Shown: positions 39,435-51,872 of the stretch, piece after piece
How the letters are laid out: each line of letters begins with the position of its first letter
How positions within the stretch are numbered: position 1 is the first letter of the stretch
Assembly: GCA_050613775.1 (NCBI GenBank)
Contig: JBODTK010000105.1
Location: forward strand, 496,001-560,000
Direction of reading: 5' to 3'
From: Neocallimastix sp. 'constans'
Taxonomy: Eukaryota
DNA length: 64,000 nucleotides
Translations under genes and position numbers: made by a program
Notes under the pieces: generated by a model
The model's input: only the letters and a program-made list of their open reading frames with translations
What the model was told of the DNA's origin: nothing
Databases searched by the model: none

Positions 39435-39634
39435 ATTTAATAACAAAGAATACAATTATATATATTAAAAAAATATACTCTGAATTAGATTTAATTTTTT
39501 AAAATATAATATAATTAATTTAATGAAATTAAATCATTTATAAAAATTTACATAATCAAAAAATAAAGCTATATAAATTTTCTAGATTTTTCATCGAAAT
39601 TGAAACTTATCATAAATTTTTTGATCAGATCCAA

Positions 39635-41000
39635 TATGGGTATAAACTATCAAGGATGATGGTACTTTTAAAGTTAGATTAGTGGCGAAAGGTTACCAAT
39701 AAAACAAATATAAAAAATTTATTGATACTAATTCTCCAACTGTGCAAGCCGATAGTTTAAGAATACAATAGCTATCCCTGCAATACAGAAAATATTGCAA
39801 TATAGAAATGGAAAATGAAACAACTAGATATAAAAGCTGCCCATTTAAACGAAGATATAAATGAAAAGATATATATGAATATCCCATCTGGAAATATTAA
39901 CTACAAAAAAAATAAATTATGGCTTTTAAATAAAACTTTATAAGTACTAAAATAATCTAGAAGAACATGGAATAAAGAAATTTCTTCATTCTTAAAAAGT
40001 ATTAATATGAAACAATATACACCTGATAAATGTCTTATATATTAAAAATAATAAATTAACAATTCTATTAACATTATATGTAGGTTATATTTTAATAGCT
40101 GGAGAAGATTACGCAATTAATTATTTTATTGATAATATAAAAAATAAATATGGAATATCAAAAGAATCAAACAGAGAAAAAATTATTGAAATTAATATAT
40201 TTAAAACAAAAGAAGGTTACAAAATACCCAAACTGATTAAATAAAAAAAATTATTAAAAAATATAATATGAATATAACTAGAATCTTAAAATATCCATGT
40301 AGAAGAATTCCGAATCACGAAAAAATATATTCAGAATAAATAGATGTAAATAAATACCAATCTCTTTTAGGTTCTTTAATATATATATCAGTATAATATA
40401 GACCAGGCATTGTTTAAGCTATTAACCAAGCATCAAGACACAATAAAAATTCAACATTGGTAGATTATAATACTTTATTAATGGTATTAAAATATTTAAA
40501 ATCTACAAAGCATAAATCAATTCATTATAAAGGAAATAAAATTAATAGGTTATTCAGATGCAGTTATACAATTGGTGAAAATACAAGAAGATCTAAAACT
40601 AATTATATATTTTTATTAGAAAAAGTCCAATAATTTGGAAATCACAAATTCAAAAGAATGTTACTCTTTCTACTAGTGAAGCTGAATTTGTTAGTTTAAC
40701 AGAATGTGCTAAACAAGAAATATGGTTAAGGAATTTATTCAAAGAAATTACTAAATATAAATTAAAAAATTATAAATAATGTTGATAATAAAGCTTGTTT
40801 CCCAAAATGAAAATACAAAAGATAGATGTAAATATATAAATATTAAATATAAATTTATTTATGATAAATTGAAAGAAAACAAAATTAAATTATTAATATA
40901 TTAGAACTTATAATTTGTCAATTGATCCTTTAACATAATAAACTACTGGTAAAAATATGGAAAGATTTAATAATTAAATATTTAGCTATTAAATTAAATA
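39635..41000 (+). mobile_element. Degenerate Ty1/copia RT-RNaseH
   Basis: IKDDGTFKVRLVAKGYQ, KYQSLLGSLIY, YRPGI, IGYSDA, STSEAEFVSLTECAKQ. Many stops and frameshifts. Confidence 0.8.
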
Positions 41001-41513
41001 ACATATATATAATCAATAAAAATAAAAAAAAAATATTTAAATATTTGTTTAATTTTATTGAGTTAATAATAATATAAAACATGTAAAATAAAGTCATAAT
41101 GTATGGATAATGTTAAATTATAAAATAATAAAGATTATATATACATTATGCGTTATATATTTTATTGATATTACATGTAATAATAAATATTTGAATATGG
41201 GATTCTTAAATAAATATAAATTATAATAAACAATATATATAAAATATATTTCTGATTGAGCTAGTTTTAACAATGATGATAATAATTTTTTTATTATTTA
41301 AATTTAATATATATATATATATATATTTTATTATTATTTTCTTTATTTAAATCTAATATATACAATTTTTTATTATACATCATTATAAATATTTATATAC
41401 ATTTCATTATGTAATATTTTGGATTAATTAAATTAATATGAAGTAAACAACAAATTTCAAATATTATTGCTAAAATTTGAATTTATTAAATAGGAATAAT
41501 TACTATAATGATT

Positions 41514-44057
41514 TTATTTCATGTAATGATAACTTAATATTCTATTTGATAATTTTTCTACACTTGGATTAAATTTATGATTTGAGGTATTTTTTGTTAA
41601 GGTTGTGTGGGCAAATGTAGGACTGGTACTACTTATTTTAATATTATTTTCTCTAAATTTTTTTATATACACATCATCTTCATTATCTACTTTTATAAAT
41701 TTCCAGATTAATCTAAATCCATATATAAATATATAATTTGATAATGAAAAGAGTATATAAAATAAAGTGTGTAATTCAAATATTAGAATATAATTATTAA
41801 CTTTTAAATAAAAGAATATTATTAATAAAACTTCTGATACAATATTCATATAAATTGCTAAAGTAATAAATCTTATATCGTAATAGGTATTTTCGAGACT
41901 CCATTCAATAAAAATCATACCAAGAATTAAAATAGCTATAATTATTTTAATTACTTCTATCAATATAACAATAAAATTCCCAAATCCATTATCCATATGG
42001 CATATCTGGAAATTTTTACCATCATTAATAATTTTATTTTTGACAGAATAAGGCGATATAAATGTCAATAAAAATAATACAATATCTATTGTAATAAATA
42101 TCAAAAGGAATAAATATCGATTACGACTAACCCATTGAGTTTTAGCATTAGGTTCTGGAAAGTTAATTATTAATTTATATAATACAGGAACTAAATTAAG
42201 AGTAAATCCAAAAGATATGAATAATGTTACTAAATTACATTTGATACTATTTTTTTCTCCATACCCTAATAAATAAGTATTTAATATAATAACAGATCCA
42301 AAAACAATCAAAATCCAGAAATCATAAGGTAAAAATTCAAAATAAGTTTTATCTTTATCTTTAATAAGAACGAGTAATGATAATATCATTAATACAGAAA
42401 TAGTAGTACATATTATAAAGAATACCATTCCAACAGAACTATCATCTAAGCTAAGTGAAATGGTATATATATGAGTAATATCTTTAATCTCAATTAGAAC
42501 TTCTTTTGCTGATTTATTACCATATAAAAATTTATGAAGAGCATTTCTAAATTTTTCAGAATAAGAAGTATAATCAGCCATTTTTGGTCGTGGTGTTAAT
42601 TGAATACTTTTGAAAAATTTACAATCTACTACTTTACAAACTTCCTCATCCTCATATAAACTAGGGATTCCAGAATATAAATTTTTTTCCATTACCATAT
42701 ATTTTTGTATTTCTTTAGATGTTATAAAGGTTAAAACTTTTGCGGAAGCCACTTTCTTTTCATATTTAATATTATCATTGATACCTATATTATATCCTCC
42801 AATGGTTGATCCTGATATTCCATCTTTACCTCCTGGAATTGCAGATACATTATAATTGGTAAATGTTGGTGTATACCAATATTTTAAAAATATAAATTTT
42901 CCATTATTCAATTTTTCTATCGTGTAATCATCACTAGATTTAAATACTAAATCTATTAAATAAATTTAATTAAATTTTAATTAATTAAATTTATATGAAT
43001 TGTAAACTTAACTTCTCCATAAATAACAATAATAATAATAGTAAAAAAATAAAGAAAAAACAAAAAATTATATTGATTAACTAAAAATGAAAGAAGATTT
43101 ACCTGAGCCTATTTCTTCTTTCATTCTTTTCATCATTTCCAAAGCTTCAATTGCTTCTTTACTTGGAAATTCAGGATAATCATCATTAACTTCTTTTCTG
43201 AATGAATATATAAATTCATAAAATGTACATGTTCCAGATTCTCTATCTAATATTTAATGTATTAGCATTTATATATATATATATAAAAATTATGATAAAT
43301 TAAATAAAAATTAAAGTATTTAAATTTAATTTTAATTAAATGTATATAATTAAATTATTAAATATATATATATATATTAATATTAATATTTTTTAAATTT
43401 ACTATTGAATAATCCATTGTAAGTCATTAAAGTATTATTAAGTTTTTCCTCTTCATCTCTAATATATTTACTTGTTTCTATTAATTCTTCCCATGTTGTT
43501 GGAATAGTTTTGTTATATTTATATATATAATTAAAATTTGTATATAAAACTGCGAAATCAAAACTAACTGGCTTAATGTATATTAAAGATTTAGTATTAA
43601 TTTTTATTTCTGAGAAAAAAATATATAATTTTAAATATAATACAATAAAAAAAAAAATATTTAAAATGTATTATATATTACAAGTCCAACCCATTTGTCC
43701 TTTCCATAAACACATGATCTTGAAGCAATTCCTGGTTTATATAAATCAATATGTTCATCAGGTATTAATCCTTTTAAATTTGCTAAATGTTGTCCAAATC
43801 TGGTAGTATAAACGTTATCATAAAAAATTATATCATATTCAAATTTTTTATTCATTTTAAAAGAAGCCTCAAGCAATGATTCATAATCTGAAACGAGAGT
43901 GGTTGAATTTGCATCAGAAAAAAGATTTAAATGTACATTAATATTTAATTTATTTTGTTTCGAAAATTTATTAAATTGTTTAATGAGGGGATAGTACAAT
44001 TCTCCTGCACCATTTCTTGCAAATGCAATTGCATTAAGAGTTAGAGTATTTGCTATT

Positions 44058-44101
<44 letters not shown>

Positions 44102-44221
44102 AGAAAATTTAAAAATAATTTTTTATATTATTTAAAATTTAAAAAGTTCTTTTTATTATATATTTACTATACCTATACTTATAAAAAAGTAAAAAAAAAC
44201 TAAAATATATAAATTAATCAT
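41514..44221 (-). CDS. SBP-ectodomain class C-like GPCR (receptor 5), 5 exons, ~723 aa
   Basis: Exons 44221-44173, 44052-43682, 43571-43403, 43246-43103, 42952-41514. Close paralogue of receptor 3; the tail is 20 aa shorter (TCA to TAA). Confidence 0.88.
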
Positions 44222-44833
44222 TTCTCTTTTTAACTTATTAATAAAATCTTCTAAAAAATAAATACCAATAAATTAAAATTTTCATATAACTGCTATTTTT
44301 TCTTATTTAAATAATATATTTATTGCTTATTTAAAAAAAATTCAAATTTGTTTTAAACATATAATAAAATGAACGAAATAAAATTAACATATTCATTTAT
44401 TTTAAAAAATTAATAAAAATTTTTTTATGATTTTAATTTAAATACCATATTTTATAATTTAAATATAAATATATTAAAAAAAAAAAATTTTTTTTTTTTT
44501 ATATTTAACACATTTTCCCACGAAATTCAAAAAAAAAAAAAAAAAAATTCAATAAAAATTTATATTTAATTATAAAGTTACCAAATTATAGAAATGCATA
44601 ATTTATTATTACATCTATTTCATAGCCAATATTTTTGTTTTATAATGTCTTGTATATACTTTTGGATTATTCATTATCAATACCATGAGACTGTTTTATG
44701 AAACTAAATATATAATAGGAAAAAACTTTTAAATGATTATTTATTAAGATTTAATTAAAAGTTTATTGCAAATTTTATATTAGTTTTTTTTTTCATATAT
44801 AAAATTTATAATATTGGTTTTCTTTTATTATTA

Positions 44834-44952
<119 letters not shown>

Positions 44953-44959
44953 TAATTTA

Positions 44960-47900
44960 ATAACATTTTTACCTATAAATTTAAATTATAATAAATAAAA
45001 TTTAAATTCAAATCATTTTATTTTAATAATTTGAATGTCATTAAACATTACCTTTATTTATTTAATAATTTTATTATATATTTAATTAAATTATTACATA
45101 TAAATTTTATAATATTACAATATGTATTATTTATAATATATGTAATGTTCTAGCCATATTTATGATACATTTTATTATAATTAACTAATAAATAAATATA
45201 GGAAATATATATTAATTAATTATTATAAACTTTATTTCAAACAATCTTCCTAAAGTTTAGAATATTAATATTCATATATAATAGAATTTCTAAACTTTTT
45301 CATAGCATTACTATTTAAATATTTTATAAATCCATTAGTAAGATTATCTTGAGATTTTATATAATTCAAACAAATATTATTTTCTCTAATAAGATTCTTA
45401 ACACAATGATATTTAATATCTATATATCTAGTATTTTGATTAATATATTCATTTTCACTAACATATAACAGCTTTATTATCAATGTTAATATTGATGCAT
45501 TGAAAATCTTCTCCTAACTCATTTAAAACGTTTTCATACCATTCGCATTGATTTGAACCATATACCTAGTGTATAATTTTCTCTTTTTGCTGTTAATGAA
45601 GATACATTATGTTGAAGTTTTGAGAAACAACCAACAGGTCCTATTCCTATTAATATGATAATGCCTGTTGTTGATCTTCTTATTGTTTCTGTTTCATCTC
45701 CTCCATAGCCCGAATCTACGAAAGCTTTGGTTGAATTGTTTTTATTAAATTTTATTCATTAATTTTTATTACTTTTAAGATACCTGAATACTTTAAACAA
45801 ATTGAACCAATCTTCATATCTAGGGTTCTTAGATTTTTGTGATGCTTTATTTACTTCAAATAGAATATCCGTTCTGGAATAAAGTCCTAAATGCATAAGG
45901 CTTCCTATTACTTATTTATATTTTATAACATTAAATTTTTTTAATTCTTAATTCTTTTATATCTTCTGGAGTCATACTGTTAACTGGCTTACATTTTTCT
46001 ATATTAAACTTCCTTAATAATTTTTCTAAATAGTACAATTGGTGTAAAATATAACAGTCTTTTTCTTTGACAAACTTTATTCCCTAAATATTATCAACTA
46101 AACTAATGTCAGTAATAGTAAATTTTTCTTTTAATGACTGCTTAATTTTATTAATTTCGATTTCCATACATGTGATAAGAATATCATTAATGAATAAATA
46201 TAACTTCGTTATTTTTATTTCTTTTGTAATAAATACATGGCTTACTTTTGAGTCTCATTATCTCAATCTTACCTAATTCATTATTTAGAATTATATTTAT
46301 TTCTGAACACCCATTTTGTTGAAACTAAATTTGGGGGTTTTTTTGGTATTTCTTTAACAAATATATAACCATTCAAAATTTTCATATTTGATAACTCATC
46401 GTTAAAAGCTTGAAACCATTCTTTTTTTATCTATTTTATTGAATATGTCATTATAATTATATGGTACCTTTAAGTCTCTTATTTCAGATTCTCGAGTTGG
46501 TTAATCATTTGATATGTTGTCCCAGAATCTATTATCCAATAAGTTATTTCTTTGTTTACTTTGTTGAGAGTGTTCTTTTCAGGTGAAGAAACATAATAGC
46601 TAAGGTTTTGTATAGGTTGTTATTTTTTTTAAATTATTAACACCTCTGTCCTATGTAATAGCTTAATTCATCCTAGTATTCATAATTGTAATCATCTTAG
46701 AGTGTATCTGTGAAGTTGCATTCATTATCCTTATCTTTAATTTGTTTACTTATTTCTTCCACATTGTTGGCTTGTTCTTTTCTACCCCTCTTCTTATTCT
46801 TATTATTTTTATTCTTGGATTATGTCAACAGTGCTTAGTTTTATATCTTCTTTTGTTAAAGATATAGCATTTTATATTTCTACTATCTCTCTTTCTTTTA
46901 ATTTCAGTACTAAATGTTACTTCACAGTTTGCCTTTAATTAATTCAGATATTTCATTTTTGGTATTACCTTCTTTAAGTGTTCAGAAGCTTCTCCCCATC
47001 TTTCATTATAGAGTATTAAATTTGTTTCTATTGCTAATTCCCTAGAAATAGAAGTACATAGGTAGTTGAATTTTTCTTCTTCTGATAAAGAATTATTTAG
47101 ATCCTCTAGTTCATTAAAGAATATATTTAATTCGGAAATAAACAAACTAATGTCATCTTCTAAATTAAATCTTTTTTTTTTAATTCTTTTCTGATATCAT
47201 TGATTCTTTCTTCATCCCCTTTAATATTTAACTCCTTGAGAATATAATATATTTGATAGGAGGTGTTTTTTTCAAAGTCGATACTTTGCTTAATTTCTTC
47301 AGAAATACTGTTATATAAATAAAATTTTGTATCAGTATCTAATTTAATATGTTTTTCTGTGACTGTTTTTTCTATATAATATCCCTTGAGATCTTACTTC
47401 TATATAATCCTTCTCCTTTCCCGATAGAAATTTGGAATTTTCTAATATATTTAAATATTTCCTTAGTAATGTAGTAATGTATTTTCTAATCCAGTAGTAG
47501 TTCAACAGAAACAATTTTATCTCCTGGTTCCATAGCCTAAAGTTTCCCCTTGACAATATGTGGTTTGTGGCGACTTGACCTCCTTTACTAGTTCTTTATT
47601 ATATTTTGTCTACTTCCTCCCAAAATCCAAATTTCTAAAAGGATTTTATATATTTGGATTTTCACACAGTTATGGGATCGAGTGTTCGGCATTCTTCAAT
47701 TCCTACAACTTTCTTCTTGATATAATTTATATCCGGCTTAGGATTCATCTTTCAAAGAATCCTCTTAATCTTTTATTGAATATGAAGTTTTATTTATAAG
47801 GTTATTTATAAGTAAATATAAATTCACATATAGTAACAACTACTTTTATTATAAAAATATATTTGTTTATGTCAATTTTACTATTATAATTTCAATTTCA

Positions 47901-48035
47901 ATTGCAATAAATATAAATAAAAAGTATTCTTTATATAATGCAATTTAATTATAAACTATTTTAAAATATTAAGAATTAATTATTTAGTTAAATATTATAA
48001 AAAGTATAATATTAATAATAAAATATTTATAACAT
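44960..48035 (-). mobile_element. Degenerate, internally deleted Ty1/copia element
   Basis: Gag fragments (EEKFNYLCTSISRELAIETNLI). RT/RNaseH fragments (TRYIDIKYH, SQDNLTNGFIK). Purine tract plus LTR start TGTTTGAAATAAAG at 45243. Partial PBS GATTAAGAG at 47762-47770. Outer boundaries approximate. Confidence 0.75.
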
Positions 48036-48503
48036 ATAAAAATATATAAAAATATAATAAAATTAAATATAATAAAATAAAATAATTAAAATAGAACTTA
48101 ATTTATATAAAATATGTAATATTAATTTTCATGTTTTTGTATAGAATTTATGATATAACATAAATTTATTCGATATAAAACAAATACGTGTAGTAACATA
48201 TTTGTATATTTAATAATAATTATTAAATATTAAATTTATATCTTTTTGATATTAATAATTTTATTTTATTTTATTTCAATATTTATTATTATAATTATAC
48301 TAATTATAATACTTTAATTAATATAAAACTTATATAGTTCTATATATTAGAATATATAATTAATATATTACCTATTTCTTATAAATAGATTGAATTATTT
48401 ATATTAGAAATAGAGGACTCTCTTGTAAAATTTTAGGAATTAGAATTATTATTTTAATTGACAAATATTATAATTTTATTAATAAATTTTACTAAATAAT
48501 CAT

Positions 48504-48537
<34 letters not shown>

Positions 48538-48923
48538 AAAAAACCACTGCTTATAAATTATTAAAAGCACATAAAAGTCCCACATATCGGGGGAGGAGCA
48601 TTTCGAAAAATTTCATTTCGGAAAAGTATCTGTTAAAATATTATGAATTATTTATTAAAGTTTAATATTAATTATAGCTATTAATAATATATTTTATGTT
48701 TAAGTATTAGATTAAATATATGTATAATTTATGTATTGTATTTTATGTATCTAATGTATTATGGCTAGATCATATAAATATATGATTGATTGTTAATGTG
48801 ATACAGATATGGTTCAATCGTTTATTAGTATATGTATTACCATGTAAAAGTATATATAAAAAGTATGCATTATTAATATAATTAATAATAAAGTGTTCTA
48901 AAATATAGTAAAATAAAACAAAA

Positions 48924-48937
48924 GATTAAGAGTCTCA
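48924..48937 (+). promoter_or_regulatory. PBS complementary to the tRNA-Lys(CUU) anticodon arm
   Basis: GATTAAGAGTCTCA directly after the 5' LTR; identical to 36373-36386 although the LTRs differ. Confidence 0.8.
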
Positions 48938-49583
48938 ATTGACTTAAAAAACCGATTGGCAAAATTTCACCTATAAAATTAAATTAAAACTTTAACAAGA
49001 CAATTTAAATTGGGCGATTTTGGTATCAAAAATAAAGAAAAAAAGGAAGCTATTTCAAGTGAAGATGAAGAAGAATACCAACCGCTTTTTGAACTAACTA
49101 ATGTCGATAGAAATAAAAATATTAAGGAAAGAAAAACAAGCCGTTTTTCAAATGCTGTTGGTACCAAAACTCTTTTAAGAGGAATAGAAAATTATTCTAT
49201 TTGGGTACCAGATATTGAAAATGTTCTTGAAATGAATTGTCTAGACGATTATATATATGAAGATATAATTAAAAAGGTTAAGTTAGTAAGCATACCAATA
49301 GGTGACAGATCAAAATATAAACGAGTAAGGGGTAGCACTCGTTTCGTATACGATTTAAATGTTACAGATGAAATGTTGATGGATGAAGCACATGCAAAAT
49401 ATATTCTAAGCAACAGTGTGAGCGACCAAATAAAATAAGAAATTAATTTCAGTGCTTATACTTGTTTTGAGATCTGGAACATTCTAAAAGAGTCTTATAG
49501 AAAATCAATAGAGGAAAGAATAGAAGATATAAAAGAAAAAATAGAAAATAAAAAATATGATATGGAAGATGAATTTGCCATAT

Positions 49584-50283
49584 TGTAAAGATGTGATTAT
49601 CCCAATCACATTTTAAATTAAAAAATTTTTCTTGTGTAATTCAAAAATGTAAATTATTCTTTGATTTATAAAATAATAAGCAAAGTAAATAAATCATGTG
49701 AACTAAATTTTTGAATTATATTCTTTAAGCCACAAGATAAATTTTTAATGTAATAATTTTTATAAAATTTAATTCTGAGAAAATTATTGTTGTAAAATAA
49801 TTTAAATAAATTAATTAAAGTTTAAAACAAAATAAATTAATAATTTATTTGGTGAAAATTAAGTTTCAAAATTTAATCATGACTCCTTTAACATTGTTTT
49901 TAAATCGAAAATAAATAGACTTTACTTATAATATTAAAATAATAAATAGATAATAAATGTACTTAATTTTAATTATTTAGTTTTTAGTTTAATTAATAAT
50001 TATATTTTTCTAAATTTAGCTATAGTTTATAAATTTATTATTTAATAAAATTCATTAGGATAGTTTTATATTAAAATATATGTAATTTAAATAAAATAAT
50101 ATATTATCAATGTATTTAGGAAAAGTATAAATAGAAGATACTTTTCACATTTTTTCTCAATGTAATTGTTATTTAACAAATAACTATTAAATATTAATAA
50201 AATATATTTTAATAAAAATTTTTTAATAAAATAAAATTTATTGTATCTTGTTATTGTAATCAATTTTAGTATTTTCTTTTACA
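49584..50283 (+). mobile_element. Solo LTR (700 bp) related to the Ty3/gypsy LTR
   Basis: TGTAAAGA...TTTTACA with TSD CATAT (49579-49583 / 50284-50288). Interrupts copia gag (EFAI|FISN). Shares motifs with the Ty3 LTR. Confidence 0.88.
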
Positions 50284-51872
50284 CATATTCATATCTAATG
50301 TTAATTACTTGTATGAAGAACTAGAAGATTTAGGGGAGGTGTATTCAGATGAAAAGAAATTTAAATGCTTGTACAACATGCTTCCATCATACATATGCAT
50401 CACATCAAACATGATATTTCATAGAAAAAATTGGGATAATCTTATGGCATATATGATTGATGTTGTACCAACACTCAAGCATTTACAAAAGCAGAAAGGA
50501 ATCATTAGAAATAGAGAGAATAATAATACCAAGCCAGAAGCTAACTACATTAAAAAGAACAATAAAATAAATAATTTTAATAGAGAAGATAATAAAGATA
50601 AAAGAATATGCTATAAATGTAAGAAGAGAGGACATATTGCAAAATTTTGTCCTTCAAACAATAAACATAATAATTGAAAATATGATTCTAAATATAAAAA
50701 GAAGTCATTTTCAGCAGAATCACATGAAGAGGATTTGAGTAAATATAACCTCTTTGCCGATAATTACAACTCAAATGAAGAAAATGAATCGAATGGGGTA
50801 GAAATTCAAAAAGGTACTCCGAGGCAATAAGGAAAACGAAAACTCCAAGTTCCCAGAACATAACCTAAACTATTATACAGAAGAAACTGGGAAACTTGAT
50901 GACCCAGATAATTTCATCTGTTGGACTTTAGACTCTGGAGCATCTTGTCATATGACGAATAATTTAAAAGGCTTAAAGGATATTGTAAAACATAAAGAGT
51001 CTATTGTTTTCGCCAACGGTGAAACAACAAAATCTACCTTTAAGGGAACATATGAAGGATACTATAAAGTTTTGGTAAAAAAATAGATTATAAATCAACA
51101 CTTCAATAATAACACTAAAACACAAAATAATAGTTTTAAAGAACAAGTTTTATTAATTTTTTTTAAATATTAAAATCTTTATTTATTTTAAAGTGTTATT
51201 AACAAGAAATCGTTAATAACAATTACATCGATTAAAATACATGAAATTTGATAACTATTTATATTTTTATCTTATTACATTTATAATATATAATTCCTAT
51301 TGAATTATATTATCTAGCTATTTATTTAAAAACAATACTAACCTAAACTAATAATAAATAATTAACTATTACTAAATAAAGAGAATTATAATTAATAACT
51401 AAAATAAATATAATCAATTCTAATTGAGTTCATTTATTATTTATTTATTATTTAAATATTATTAGTAAATTTATTATATATTTTCTATTTAAAAATAATA
51501 TAAAAGTTGTCATAATTATTTAATATAAATTTAGCATAAAATGCCGTAAGTTTCAACATGACTAATTGCATAGTTTCATGTTGTTAATTTATCTTGTGAA
51601 AAACCTTAACTCTTATTATTTAAATTAAATTACATAAAAAGAAATGATTTTCAATTACTAGTTTCACAAGAGAAATTTTTAATTTATTAATATGATTGGG
51701 AAGAAGTCGAAGTTTTGTTTAAAATTATTTGCAATAATTTTATACACGTGATTTTTAATAGATTTATTTCAATTTTACTTAAATTTATGATTAAATTTAA
51801 TTAAAATTTATAAAGATATTAATAATATCTTTACAATCTCGCCCCTTAAGTCGAGCTCCTGCGAGATTAACT

